DNA from: Dipteris shenzhenensis
Taxonomy: Eukaryota
Reading direction: 5' to 3' (one strand)
DNA length: 64,000 bases
Assembly (NCBI GenBank): GCA_047967505.1
Contig: CM106538.1
Part shown: piece by piece, positions 12,313 through 28,079 of the stretch
Numbering within the stretch: the first letter of the stretch is position 1
How the letters are laid out: the number at the start of each line of letters is the position of its first letter
Position numbers and translations under genes: made by a program
Notes under the pieces: generated by a model
What the model was told of the DNA's origin: nothing
Seen by the model: only the letters and a program-made list of their open reading frames with translations
Databases searched by the model: none

Positions 12313-14412
12313 TTTTTGTTGACTAAACCTCCTTTGTCACCTTCACTTTTTAGCCTCTGGAACTATACTTTAAGTTCTTTAAATGGTAAACCCCCTCTTT
12401 TTTCTTGCTTAATTTCTTTACACTTTCCTTTTTATCTTAGAAATCTGAAAGATTTGTTCAAGTTCTTTGGTAAAGTGATAACAAGCCAGGGGATATAGAC
12501 ATTACCTGTCTATCCAAATTCACCTTCATTGTTCTAATAATTGGTTGGTTTGGATGGTGGCAGGTAGGTGGAAAGAAAAATTATATTGCCAATTCTCTTG
12601 CTTTCCTTATAAACTTTTGGATTGCAATATTGTCAAAAGTTACTTCAATTTAGTTTTCTTTAAAAAATTCAATCCATTTCTCATCTACAGCTTTTTGTGA
12701 TTATCCAAATGATTGAATTAATTGTATGGTTCATTTATTGATGGGATTATTAAATCTAAACGCACACACACACACACACGGCTAGGACCCCTTTGGCAAC
12801 TACTATAATTTTGGCTGTGAGGGAGCTTCCAAAAGCACTCAATTCTAACTTTTTGTCCACCCATGATTGAAGTTGGTAGTCATTCCACATTTTGTTAAAT
12901 GTATATGCTTGGGTTGAGCTTGTAAGTTTGATTGGAGGGTTTGCAAACGGAAGGAGAGTGTAATAGAGAGCAGACAAGTTTTTTGAGTGACGAGTGGCTT
13001 TTAATATGGTTAACACAAGCACTATTTTTGCTAGTAGGGAGAGTTGGTAAGAATAGCAATATGCCTTGGTGCCCTATGAGCCCAAGAGCCCATGGTTGTA
13101 AAGTGAGGGAGAGTGCTAAAAAGGAAAAGGTTAGCCCTCCCTTCAAAAGGTGACTTGTATAAAAGACCAAATGTTTGACTTTGGTCTTCATTGTTGTTTG
13201 CACAAGTTTGAATACAAGCTCCCTCTTCTCTTCCACGAGTAGGTTGACCCGTCTCCGATGGGGTAAGGGATAGATGAGTAAATATTTTTTACCACCCTTG
13301 GTTTTTTCACCCACTAAAGCTATGTAGTATGGACTCATACATAATCTTTGGTTCCTCATTTGAAAAATTAAAATGAACTATTTTCTCAAACATTCCATTA
13401 GCTTCTTTCTCAAACATTTCATCTTCATGAAAGATGAGGCAAGTGTAGCCTTGATATCTACCCCTAACGACCTTAAAGCTCATCACCACCTTTGACCTCT
13501 TTTGTTTTGTCCTTCCCTCTCTACTTTCTCTCCTCTCTTCCTAGCCTGTCTCTCGGCACACTTTACTCTCTACCTCTCTCTAAATTCCCCTCACTACTTC
13601 ATGCCTCTAGTCTCTCTCTCTTCATGACCTTCACCCCCTCGCAACATTTGCTCCCATCATCGCCGCTCTAGCTCATTATCCCCTCCTCACCTCCCCTCTC
13701 TTCGTGGTTGTTCCTTCACCCTTCTTCACCTCCCCTCTCCTTGTGGCTTCTCCCTCCACCCACTTCTCTGCTCACCACCCCCCTTGCACAGTTGCTCTCC
13801 ATCTTCATCTTCTTATTCTTGCAAGCTTGCCTCCCACCTTTGCTCCACCTCCCTCTTCCCTCTCCTTATGTGTGCTCTCTCACCTTTTCTCCATGTTTCC
13901 CTCCTTTCTCCTCGCTTTGCCCCTCAACCTCTGCTCTTGAGTCCCTACCACCTTTGTTCACTACTTTTTCTTTCAGTTGTCTCTCAAGCCCCCTCAATTT
14001 TGTCCACCTCCCCCTCCCCACTCCTTACGGTTGCTCCCTTAGTTCCTAACCACTCCCTTCTCCCAGAGCTGTTTCTCTTGACCTACGGCATCTTTGCTCC
14101 ACCTTCACCTCCCCTCTTCTTACGGTTGCTTCCCCTTGCTTCTATCATCACCCTCCCAGAGCTGTTCTCTTGACCTACGGCATCTTTGCTCCACTTTCAC
14201 CTTCCCTCTCCTTACGATTTCTTCCCCTTGCTTCGGCATCACTTACCCACTCCTCCACCCCTCCACCCCTCACCTCTCATCGACTTTTTCTTACAGATTT
14301 TCTCTTAGACACCCTCACCTTTTCTCACCAACATTCCTTGTAGCTACTCTCTTAGCCTCCCTCACCTTCATTCTACCACCCCCTTTCCTCTCATCGTGGT
14401 TGCTTGTCCCCC

Positions 14413-15482
<1,070 letters not shown>

Positions 15483-16369
15483 CCCTCCCCTCTCTCTCAT
15501 TCTCTCTCTTCCCCTCCTTTTCTCTCTCCTTCTCTCCCCCCATACTCTCTCTCTCTCTCTCTCTCTCTACGATGCAATGCCATGTAGCAATCCACCAGAC
15601 TGTCCTGCTGTCCACTGCCATGTGGCAATTTGCCACCGCACGCATGTGTCAACCCGTCAATGCCTTCTACTCTACACTGCCATGTCATCGCAGTGCGTAG
15701 TGTCATCTCCTCACCGCCATATGGCACCGCTAGACAGTCTACAATCCACTGCATTGTGGCCCATCGTGCCAACATGGCATCCGTCCCATGTGGTGATTCT
15801 GTCGCATGCATTAGCAGTGCTAGCACTGATGAGCAGTGAGCAATCGGATCTCGTACTCTAACTGTCAGTCCACTGAGTGGACTTTTCTATAGACTATAGT
15901 TGGAGGGTGCTCTCTGCTCTACCGCCTCCATTTGCAGGAGTCTTTGCTTTGCCGCCTCCCTTGACATGCCACATCATCATTTTCCCTTTGTTGTGCCATG
16001 TTGGTGGTCCACATTGGCATGTGCCATGCCATGTGTCTTCTGCTGGCCACTTGCAGTCGCGGTGTCCTTTGCCGGGCCCCTTGCAGTAGTGGCAGCGTGC
16101 CACATGTCTGAAGTCTGACCTACAATGTCAGTAGAGTCTGCACTGTCACGCTGCCAATCTGTGTCAGATGGCATCTCTGCTCCAGTCACTGGCAGTCAGC
16201 ATTGCATATCATTGACAGGTGTCATGGCGCAGTTCTCTGCGCTTTCGTGAATTTGGTTTGGGATCTTAATTGAATGGTGAGAAATCTCTCAATTCTCCCA
16301 AAGCTCCCCGAGGTTGCCCCGAGCCTCTGCGAGCCTCCCTCGAGCCACCCTTGCCTATTAGAAAGTATA

Positions 16370-16815
16370 TAGAAGAGAGTGTTTTGGGTGTTCTCTTGTT
16401 TCCATTGTAGTGCCTTTGTGGTTGTCACTCTATCCCCCTTCACTCCCTTCTCCTTCTTCCCTCCTCCTCCCTCCTTCTCCCCTCCTCCCTCTCCCCTCCC
16501 CTCTTCCTGTTCCCTCTTCCTCACGTGAAACCACATTGCAACAATCTGCCGCTTGAGTGACACTTGCGAATGGCTAGTGCTATGCATTTCTCCCACAAGA
16601 AGTAGCTAGGAGTGGAGGCTCCCTCGGCATATCTTCAACTACCCCATGACATGTGAGTACTGCTGAGACCCACTACATTTTTGGCACCGCTGCCGAGGAG
16701 AAAAGGTATGCTTTAGCATCTGCACTTGTCTCCATTCGATATATTTCCATTGCACAAGTTTTCAAGCTTACCTTGGAGCTTGTTAGTGGAGTTGTAGGAG
16801 AGAAGAGAGGTGGAA

Positions 16816-16888
<73 letters not shown>

Positions 16889-19800
16889 GAAATCTATTTT
16901 TTCATGTAGGAATGCCATTTGTGAGCTTGGGAAGCTTGTTTTGGATGCTTTTTGGTGTTTCAAGTTGATAGGAACCTAGTAGGCTTGATTGCTAAGGTGT
17001 ATGTGTGGTCTAATCACCTTTAAAAAACAACAAAACTAAGGATTTTGTCAAGTTTTGAAGTAGTTTCATGTTCTAGAACTCCCCTTTTCGGAGTTTTTGC
17101 ATTTTGACTTTCAAAAAGTGTTTGTTTTCAAGTTTTTTTCATTGAGTAGGTAGAATAGGTAGTGTAGCACCCCCCCATCGCAAAAAATCATGAACAAAAA
17201 CTGCAAAATCCTCAGAAATCACCAAATCTCAGTCGGTGAAACTGTGTATGACTATCCCGTCGAGTCGGCGCTATAGCATATTGTATCGAGCAATTTCCCC
17301 ACCAACTGATGCGTTAGTCGGATTCTGCCAGTCAACATGCGTTGACTCAGTGCCATAATGCTTCCCCGCTGACCTAACCTTTGACTACGGTTTACCCCGT
17401 CGCCTGGAGTTAATGCGCGTCAAAGTTACTTTTGCATCGACCTGACAAGTTGTTGACTGGTGCTGTAGTGGTTCCCCATCAATCGTTGCTATTTGACTAT
17501 CTAGCCACCAGCGCGGTGAACCCACCCCTCCGTCCATGGTCATAATCATTCCCCTCTTCCATCGTGTTACTCCATCGCACCGCTCGTCACTGTGCAATCC
17601 CATCGTCCGGTGTTTTTTGCTTACCCTACCATCGTCGCTATACAATCCCACCGTTCGGTGTCATCTTGTATCCCTACTCCCGTGGGGATATCCCTTCTGA
17701 CTGATCACGCCGACCACGTGGAAATTATTTTCCCACCGATCGTCGTGATACATCCATCACACCGACTGGTGCTATTTCCTTATTCCACCGATCGTCGTCG
17801 CTGAAAGGTTATGTCGCTGCCCATCACCAAAACCATACTACACTGCTCGTTGCTATACCCGCACCCCACTGACCGGTGCTATAGAGTTATCCTGCCAACC
17901 GGTGTGATACCTCTGGGGTAGCTAAGGAATTAACAAAAAATTCCAGAACCTCAAATCAGCTTGGGTGTCCCCAGCCAAAGGCATCCCACATGCACTTGAG
18001 GTCTAAAAGGATTTTGCCAAAGGGTCCAGTGCCAGAAGAAAGCACGTCGAGCTACGCTCAGCCCACCCTCCACCCTAGTTGGGAGTCCAGAAGCTCGATC
18101 CCGAGCCTCCACTCATTTGTAGGTCCCCATCCAGACACTCCATCGAGTTTAAACAAAATAGAGAGCCTTGAAGTAGTGATGCAAGGCCCCTCAAGTCCAA
18201 GGGCATCAGAAGCCCCCTTCACGAGTGTAGCCTCTCCCAACTCTCCTACACCTTTGGTTGCATCTAGGCTTAAAGGTACGTTCTCTAATATGTTCTGGCA
18301 CTTAGGGCGAATAGAGCCGACGGACATGGAGAACCCCTTTGCCGGCATGTCTGTAGGAAGGGAAGGCCAGTGGGAGAATATGGATGATGAAGATCCATGG
18401 ATGAGGGAATTCCATAGACAAGACCCGAGTCGAGGGGATACCAGGAACTTCCAAGGTGGAATGCCTCATGACCCTCTAAGAGTCCTGGCCCCACCATCCT
18501 TGGCCAACTTTGGGGCACCGCAGTTCCCACCCTACCGCCCGTAGTATGGGGCCAATGTTACCATGCCCCAGGACCCACCACCTCCGGGAGTCGGTCCCTT
18601 CCCGTCTATACCGATTCCACCAATGAACATAGGCATGGGTATTTCTGTCCCAATGCTGACACCAGCAACTACATGGACACCACCACCTGGGCTAGCCAGC
18701 CCTATGACACCCGTCAGGCCCACAGCAACACGTCTACTAGCTGCTTGAACGGTGTTGACTGACGAGGCTATGCGTATTTTGGTGAACTCCCTAGGAAGGG
18801 GGGCAATACCACCTCCACACACCCCAGTGTTCCTAGCAGGGATGGCAAACCCCTCGAGAAGCCGTCCCATAGCCATTTCCAAGCTAATGACCAAATTCCA
18901 CAGAGAAGGAGACTCGGTCTCCCATGTGGAAAGGTTTGAGCAGATTTGTGAAGCCTTTGGTGCACCAAGTGACCTTGAAATGGCCAATGCATTCGGCCTT
19001 AGCCTAGACGGCAAGGTAGGTCAATGGTATAGGGCTCTCACCCTAGAGGAAACGATCACTTGGGAGACATTGAGAAAGGCATTTATTGTGGGATTCGCTC
19101 CCAGCGGCCATAAATGGAGCCTGATCAACCAGTTGTATGGGGTAAAACAAAACGACAAAGGGATTACATTGCAAGGATTAAGCACCTCAATGCCCCTTGT
19201 TTTTCCTATGAGCGAATGAGCGACGAACGACTGTTGCCTCGCTTCCTTATCGGGTTAGCAGACCCAAAGCTACACGACCACCTCATGGTGATGAATCCCA
19301 CCTCCTTTGATTTATGTAGCAAGGTGGCCGTCCGTATATGTGACAATATGATGGACAAGTGGATTCGGACAAGGCCTCGTCCCCCTCCTAAGTCGCCCCA
19401 TCGGTTAGGTCCTCAAGTGTAGAGTCAAGCAAGAATGAGGCTAACAAGCCTACAAGTTTGGATGTGAGTGAGGTAGCCTCCAATCTCTTGGAGCCGCTAG
19501 GTCAGCAATGGAGAGCAGGAACCTCCAAAGAGGTGCCGAGCAACCCCGACTTGTTTGTCTGGTGTGGGGTATGCAATGGCAATCACCGCTCCAATGAACG
19601 CCTATGCCTAAGGGCAAGGTCGACACTCTACTATGCACACTGCCATAGATGGGGAAACCATGATACCTTCCAATGTCGATTTTCGAGGTCCCTTCCCCAA
19701 CCCATGTATCAAATGCGACCCCCATTGGCCGCACAACCCCACCCAACCCCCAGATCTTGCAAGGTGGCTCTGTAGCTAGCTCTAGCGAGTACCGGGCTGC

Positions 19801-22800
19801 TTCGTTGCCCCCACCCATACTAGGTCCGCAACCCCTACTACCTCACATTGCCCCAGTCAATCAAGTGTTGGTTGAAGAGTTGCCCAACGACTGGGAGCAA
19901 ATGGACCCTGATCATGGACCTCATGATTATTACCCCTACGAGGAGGGGAGTGAAGCCTTGGCTCACTACCTCCCGCAAGAGGATCAATAAGTCCCCGTTT
20001 TCCAAACTACCCCTGTAAACACAAGAGCAAGAGATCTGAAATCAATTGCTCGGAGACCCTCGCTCCAATGTTATACCTACCAAGGTCCCCATAGAGCAAG
20101 TGAATGCCCCTACCAAGGCACTTCAAACCTACTGGTGTCCTGTTTCAAATTCCAAAGCCCACACTTCTTGAAGGACTGTCCATATAGGGATCATATGCCC
20201 ACCGCCCCAACCGCAACCAACCCCACTCCCTTGTGTGCAGGATGTGGCATGGAGCTTCTATTCTAGGACTGTCCCACGAGAAGACCAACCACTCCTCACC
20301 CCACCAAAGAGCACCAGCCTCAATCTGCTTAGCATTGAACAAGGCTAGGTGGTCGCAGTGCCACTATAAGTCATTACAAGGATGCAGGCCAAGGCACTAG
20401 GCAAGGCCATGAGGAAGCTCACCAAGAAGGGTAAGGTATCCCTATTGCCTCGTGAAGAGTTTCCTCTACAGCCTCTAACTCATTCCAAGAAGGCCATTCA
20501 AGTAGGTGACAGTTCCGATCAGGTGCTCATCCAGGACGAGATTCCGATGAGGAGACAGCTACCCTTGCCACCTCGTCTACGTCCAAACAGTCTTCCATCT
20601 AGGGTGACCCTGAGGTACCTCCGATTCCAAAAGTAAGCAAACTAGTGCAGGCTCATGGCCTGGCACCGGCACCCACCTATCTTTAGACCTACCCTAACTT
20701 GGTCTTAGAGAAGCAATACATAAAGAATGCCCAAAACTTGGTGCATGAGTGCCAGGATAAGTTCGAGCATTGACTAAAGGCTAGTAGGGGGTCAAATACT
20801 ATTCATCCAGCCCACCTGATGGGGCATTGAGGAACAAAATCGCTCAAGGTCCCAGAAAGAGTGGAGGAAGAGGAACACCTCAGCTTGGAATAGTTGGAAG
20901 CTTCGGACCTGATACTAAAGATGTTCCAAGAGGACCCAATGTTGCATAACCTCCAAGACGAGAAGGAGACCTATATGGCTTTGATGACATGGTGTCCATG
21001 GAGGAAGAAGTCACACCAGAACCTTGCAAAAGTGCCGGGTTGGCTACTTTCCTATCTACAGAAGTGAAAATGCCATTCATGTCTCTGCTAAGAGGAAATC
21101 CCATCCTATGTCATGATCTGTCCAATTGGATGAATAGGTTGTTCCTACCTCCAGCCCCTGCCAGCCAACCAATCAACGCTAGATAAGGGGCAGAACCTAC
21201 CCAAGATTCCCATAAACAAGTTAGGCCAATATTTCAAGGGTGATGACACAAATGCTTCAATCCCCATAGTCTACCAAAACCAGAAGGTGGAAGCCATCCT
21301 AGATGGGGGAGGAGGAGTGAGTGTCTGCACCCACCAAGGAATGCTGGGAAAAATGGGGAAAATCCACAATCGAGCAGACCAATCTAGTGCTAGCCAATGG
21401 AGGAACCGCTGAACCTTTGGGAGTACTAATTGGCATAAACATTAAGGTGTTTGGATTCATGTACCCTGTCAGGTTCGTGGTCATGGACTTCACTCGACAG
21501 CCCGGATATGAAGCTATCTTAGGCAGATGCTTCTTGTGAATGTTTAGACTTGTCGTGCATGACTAGCGTAATGATAATATCTACTTGTAGCACGCAGAGC
21601 AAACCATGAGAGTGGACCTGCATACCTACAAGGCCCACCCATTGTCAGGACACCTCACAGAGTCTGACACCACTGCCCAAACCACCTCCGTAAAGCTATT
21701 CCAACCCTGTGACAAGGAAGAGGATGAGAAGGATTTTGGCGACTTTTGGTATGCACCTCTTCTCGAGCCGAAATTCTCGCAGAACTGGATGCACATCTTA
21801 GCCAACATAGATTTCCTAGAAAGAGTAGGGTTTCAGATCACCACCCAAAGCTCAAGGGTTTGATGCCGCTGGTTCCCTTAAGGATGTTCAATATGCTCAA
21901 ACCCCGAGAGGTAAGCAAGGGAACAGTAAGGGTAAAATCAGATCTTCATTGGTTGACCTACGTAGGTGCCATGACCACCCACCATGAGTTCTCCTCTAAC
22001 TGGGGAAACAGGGTGAGTAAGGTAACCACCTCTGTCAACTCTATAAGTACAAAGGAAGAGCCCCCTTCAGGTCCCAAGTCCCCTGTATCCAAAGGCAAGG
22101 CTAAGGCCAAAAAGTCCACTACTCCAATAGAAAAATAGAAGGAAATTGAGGATAAAGAAGACATACGATAGGTGCCAGCCCACTACAAGGCCTATACTAT
22201 TCAGGATCACAACCAACAGGCCAAAAGATCCAGACGGTTGTTCTCAAGGATATGATGGACCGGCCTCGATCAAGGAAGTAAACTTAGCCCCAGAAGGGCA
22301 AGACCCACAACCCATATTTGTTGCCGATGACACACCCAGTGAGGAGAATGCCTTAATAGCTCTCCTACAGAAATATAAGGACTGCATGGCCTGGAAATAC
22401 ACAGACATTAAAGGTGTACCTTTCGCAGTAGTACAGCATACAATCCCCATGATGGATGATGCCAGGCGAGTACAGCAATGCCCCTATCCTATGAATCCTA
22501 AATACGCACTCATAGTGAGGGAAGAAATCCAAAAACTCATAGATGCAGGATTCATCTATGAGATCGAGCATACAGATTGGGTATCACCCATTGTAATAGT
22601 CCTAAAGAAGAATGGAAAAATCAGAGTATGCATGGATTTGAAGAAGGTAAATGTAGCCACAAGACGTGACCACTACCCCTTGCCATTCATAGAACATGTT
22701 CTAGAAAGGGTAGCTGGAAAGGAAGCGTATAGCTTCCTGGATGGATTTTCGGGTTAGAACCAAGTCTCAATCGCCTCCCAAGATCAACATAAGACCGCCT

Positions 22801-24757
22801 TCACAACCGAATGGAGAGTATATGCAGCCAGGGTTATGATATTTGGATTAACCAATGCCCTAGCTACCTTCCAATGTATGATGATCATGGTATTCAAGGA
22901 ATACCTGAGGGACTTTGTGGAAGTCTTCTTGGACGATATATGTGTGAACTCAAAATGGAATGACCACCTGCAGTATCTCAGGCTCATCCTCGAGAAGTGC
23001 CGCCTATACTGCATATCCCTCAACCCCCTTAAGTGCCAGTTTGGGGTCAAACATGGTGTCATCGTGGGTCACAGAGTGTCTCGGAATGGAATCTCTACGG
23101 ACCACAACAAAATCAAACTCATTTGGGAGTTACTGCCCCCCACCAACGCTATTACCATAGATTTATTTTGTTCTACGCCAACATAGCCCACTCGTTATAC
23201 AAACTGCTAGTATCCTTTGAGTGGACTGAGGAATGTCAAACATCCTTTGAAACCCTCAAGCTAGCTTTAGCCGACCGCCCCAGTACTGAGGTCTCCCGAC
23301 TGGAATTTAATATTCTGCATCCACATTGATGCCTCTAACTTTGCCATTGGATGTGTATTAGCCCAGCTCGAGGAGCATAATTTGGATTACCTGGTATACT
23401 TTGTGAGCCATCAACTAAATGAGGCCGAAGTTAACTCTACGAGAGTGAGGGTCTCGCCATGGTCTATGCAGTCAAGAAGTTTAGGCATAGCTAACAAGTT
23501 TGTCTTCTTCGTGGACCATCAAGCATTGGTGTACTTGGTCAACAAACCTTGCATGATGGGCGCATCACTAGGTGGATGCTAATCCTGCTAGAATTCAACT
23601 TTACAGTCGTTGTGTGCAAGGGCAAAACCCATGTTCTAGCCAACCACCTATCGCGGATCCCAAATGGCGAAGCTCCAACGGAGTAGAAGATGATCTCCCC
23701 AATGCTTCCCTCTTCTTCCTCGACGTCATTCTAGAATGGGCCGCCGAAATCGGCCACTACTTGGCCAATGGACTACCCCTAGTCCAAGACCTTAAGAAGG
23801 ATAGAGCCCGTAAACTCATTAAGGATGCAGCACCATATCAGTGATAGCAGGCCAACTCTACCGCATGGGTAAGGATGGCATACTGTGAAGATGCGTATGC
23901 AAACACAAATACATTGAGGTGCTTGAAGAAGCCCACTCAAGAATCGCAGGAGGCCATTTTGCTACCCAGGTTACAGTGCATAAAGTGCTGCAAACTGGTC
24001 TCTGGTGGCCAACACTCTTCGGAGATGCGATCGAATTCATCAAATGATGTGACCCCTGCAAGCGCATCCAAATCCCACACAGGGCAGATATGATGCCCCT
24101 GATCGGGATCCTGGCTAACCAACACTTCAAGAAATGGGGCATCGATTTCATTGGTCTCGTAAGCCCAACCGCTAAGGGGATCGGGGCTCGATACTCATCC
24201 TAGCCACCGACTACTTCACCAAGTGGGTAGAAGGAATAGCCACGGCAAAGGCTGATGCAAGATCCACCGCCAAGTTCTTATATGAACAAGTCATCACGTG
24301 GTTTGGATGCCCGTTGGAGTTAGTCATCAGCGATCGAGGAACTCACTTCCTCAATGAAACCATAGCAATCTTGAAGAGCGAGTTTATGATCATTCATAGG
24401 AAGTCAATGCCATATTACCCTAGAGCAAATGGCTTGGCTGAAAGCTCCAACAAAACTTGTTGTAAGATTATCACATGTACGATAGAAGCCAGTCATATCG
24501 ACTAGGTGCATAAGCTCATAGTAGTGTTGTGGGCCTATAGGACCTCCCCCTCCTTCTCCCTCTCCCTCTCCCCTCCCCTCTTCCTCTTCCCTCTTCCTCA
24601 CGTGAAACCACATTGCAAATCCGGAGGCCGCTTGAGTGACACTTGCGGACAGCTCGTGCTATGCATTTCTCCCACAAGGAGTAGCTAGGAGTGGAGGCTC
24701 CCTCAGCATATCTTCAACTACCCCATGACACATGAGTCACCACTAAGACCCACTACA
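16370..24757 (+). mobile_element. Decayed Ty3/Gypsy LTR retrotransposon, Athila-like. True 5' boundary lies upstream and is unresolved
   Basis: 5' LTR ends ...CCCACTACA at 16677, followed by PBS TGGCACCGCTGCCGAGG (tRNA-Asp-like). A homologous LTR end at ~24545-24757 ends CCCACTACA. Gag-PR-RT-RH-INT remnants lie between. Confidence 0.85.
17990..24545 (+). pseudogene. Gypsy gag-pol remnants
   Basis: Gag (HVERFEQICEAFG...WETLRKAF), protease (EAILDGG ~21290), RT (WVSPIVIVLKKNGKIRVCMD, YSFLDGFSG, VFLDD), RNase H (FFVDHQAL), integrase (KWGIDFIG, ISDRGTHF, VLWAYRT); many stops and frameshifts. Confidence 0.9.
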
Positions 24758-25398
24758 AACTTACACTTCTTCAAATATTTAGAGGCCATAATTACAAACT
24801 ATTACATAAGAGTCTGCCATCATTTGTGTACTCTCATCTAGTAAGAGCTACTAAGTTTCAGTTGCAAGTTGTGCCTAGATGAAAGAGAGGCAAGAGTGTC
24901 TCCAAAATGGATTTAGACATGCATGAGCACATCATGGGGTATCTCGGAGTACTGGACGACTAAGACAATACAAGAAAATGCATTTTAAGGAAAATGTATT
25001 CCACCTATCCTGGAAAAATGAAAAATATATTTACAATCGGCTTTCATTTAGTAAATCCCAAACCCAACTGCGCTTGTTTTATAACCACACTGCGCTTGTT
25101 TCATATAAATCCCAAAGAGTAAATCTCCACTGCACTTGTTTTACAACAATTGCGCTTGGTTTTTATAGTAAATCCCAACCCACCATGCTTGTTTTAGTAA
25201 TCCCAAATGAAGGAAAATTTATGCCACTTATCTTGTAGAACCACCGACTGGTGACCACAAATCTTGAACAAATGAATTGTATGCCATTCATATTGTAATA
25301 ATTGAAGGAACCTACTGCAATGGTGGCATTGAATTCTTGTGTAACCAACCACCACACTGGTTGCCATCCTAAAATAGCTCATATAAGTGCAATTGTCG

Positions 25399-25516
25399 AT
25401 ATGGCCCTTGAGGGGTCCCCTTTAGGAGAGTAAGGGCCATACTGACATGCCAGTAGACATATAGGGCATGTTGATGTGGCCTTTGCCCCTAAGGGGGACC
25501 CCTCAAGGGTCCATAT
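25399..25516. repeat. Fold-back (hairpin) element of about 118 nt, MITE-like
   Basis: ATATGGCCCTTGAGGGGTCCCCTTTAGG pairs with CCTAAGGGGGACCCCTCAAGGGTCCATAT; inner arms AGGGCCATACTGACATGCC / GGCATGTTGATGTGGCCTT; loop about 13 nt. Confidence 0.8.
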
Positions 25517-28079
25517 ATTGTATGCAAGTAGCCACTGCACTAGTGACCACTTATCCTATACTACCACTGTGCTAGTTGTTGCGATCCTTTAAAAAAGGAA
25601 ACTTGTGAGACCACTTATCCTATACTACCACCGTGTTGGTTGTGATCCTAAAATGGCTTGTTTGTATAAAGGAAGTTTCTAAAATAGCTTGTTTGTATAA
25701 AGGATAATTGTATTTGAATGGTTGCAAACTTTTGAAAACTCTAGCAATAATTAAAGAGTGGTTTCATTGACAATTGAATAGATTCATCTCATACATTGAG
25801 GCCTTTTAGCTACATCTGGTCGCTTGGAGGTCTTTTATGTATATCTAGAAGATGGGAACTTTTCACTCCTTTCCTTTAAGGGCTAGTTCCACATTTAACT
25901 TTATGCTTTGAGCTCCCTTCATCAGGTCACTTTGAGCTCTTTGGGCTACATCCACTCCCTAATAGAAGGATCAGCCCTGATGGGGGGATTGGCCCTTCTT
26001 CATGAGGCTCAAGCTTGGGCTTCTTTAGGCTCCTTTCTTTTAGGGGTTGGTTCTTCCTTTCAAGGCCCTTTCTTTTTTACTTGTAGGCCCACTTGGCCAT
26101 TTCCATTGCAATGTCTAATTTCTCGTTGTGGATAGCTACAGTAGGCATGCATGATTGATGTTTCTGTGATGCAGGCAGAAACCACAAGCAGGTCCTTTGT
26201 AAAGTGAGTTTTCATCCACAAACACCTCAGATCAAAACACATGCAAAGGGTGGCTGCACTTGGGCCATTGGATCATGTACTCATGTATGATGTGCAAATG
26301 GCAAACCATGCCCATCACATCTCAAGAGGATAGTCATCCGGTTTAACTATTGTGGTTGTCAAGGCCACAATCTAACCCTCTACACTAACAAGCTATTTCT
26401 TGATTCCTTCTTGCCTCAACGTGAGGGTGTGGAAATTATCTTCTAGCACCTCCACTTAGTGCTCACTCGCTGTAACAATTCTATCTGATTCTATCAGCTC
26501 TACTGCTCTTGAATCTGACAAAATTGGCTTAGCAACATCTGCGCAGGTCTCTTCCCAGAGATCCACTCTATGTTGGCTTTTTAGTCAGGACGGAGGACTA
26601 CTTTTTAAAGCTTTCAAGAGCCATGGCAAGCTCAAATAGAGCCCTAGTGTAGTTTAATTTTAGGGAATCGTACAAATGCTACCAAAATTACACTTCTCTT
26701 TTTCTTCTTCACTGTGGCTACTCTTTGCTCGATCTGCATCCTTCCTTGACTTTGAATCTCTCCCATAGCTCCTGCATCAATGCTCTGGTTTTTGCATTTT
26801 GCCTTTTTAGTTTCCTCCTTATTGATGTTCAATTCATTCTCCATTCTGAAAAGCCCTTGGTAAAGAGCCTTCTTTTTTACACTTTGATCTTTAAGAACTT
26901 TTTTCATTCATGCTAGCTCTCGCTCCACTTTGTCCCCATCCATTCTATCATCAAGCTGCTGATATATAGTAGATTGATGCACTTCTCTTATTGTTCTCTT
27001 ATATGCCTTTCCATCTTAGCCATTTTTTTAGCAGCTTAATTTGCCCTCGTGCCTACAAGGCCTTCACTTCTACCTCCTCCACCTTGGCTTATGCACCCTC
27101 CTTGAGATTTCTCTCATGTAGCACTGCCTTTGCTACATCAGTGGCTTTCATATGTAGAAACTTCATCTTCCGATCATATTTCTCAAAAACCAATTTGAGG
27201 GAAGTCCCCATTAGGTGCATAGCAACCCCAATTGGCTAAGATGACAATTTGGATTTGCCATCCCTGAAATTCTTCAAATTAGTCATCACACTCCTAGAGA
27301 TCGCCTTTGAGAAAGAGACCATACGTCCGCTCAATTCCTCTACTACTGCTTGAACATGCCAGAACTTCAAGGTTATTCTCGTACCAAGATTGATACTACC
27401 TTGTCTAGTTTAATACATCCAGAACATATGTTGGCAAGCCCAAAACATTGACTCCACCATCTACACTGATCTGAGCATTGGGGTATAAAGCTTTAATGCC
27501 ATTTCTCTTCCATGACTTCTTCAAGAATTATGCTTGCAAATTTCCTCCAAGAATGCCTAGGACCTTTTCAATCATGCTTTCACTGATGTTAATCTTCTAA
27601 TTTTGACAAACAATGTATCCATCCTTCATGTTCACTTCATATATAAACTTGGTGAAGTTAGAGAGAGAATCCAAATCAAGCTTTCAAAAGACTGTGTGAG
27701 GAGCTCTGTTATGTCACAATTTCAAAGTTAGGGAAGGAATGATTGTGTGAGGAGATCTTGCATGTCATGATTTTGAGAATTGGTGAGGAAATATTGTGTG
27801 AGAAGCTCTCACACTATGAAGAGGGGGAGGACAAATTGTGTGACACACTCTCAGACTGTGCAGAGATGGAGGAGCAGGATGACACATTTGGGAGCTTGGT
27901 GTGCCCAAGGGAATCCATTGTGAGAGGGGATATAAATTGCAAGAAGAGTGCAATAGAGAAAGGTCGAGAGGTAATGGTGAAGGGAGTTGGAAATGGCAAA
28001 GGAGTCCTTATGATCTAGAAGAAATAGTGAAGATGAAAAAATGAAATAAGTTAAAAATGGTATATGAAATGGAATATTA

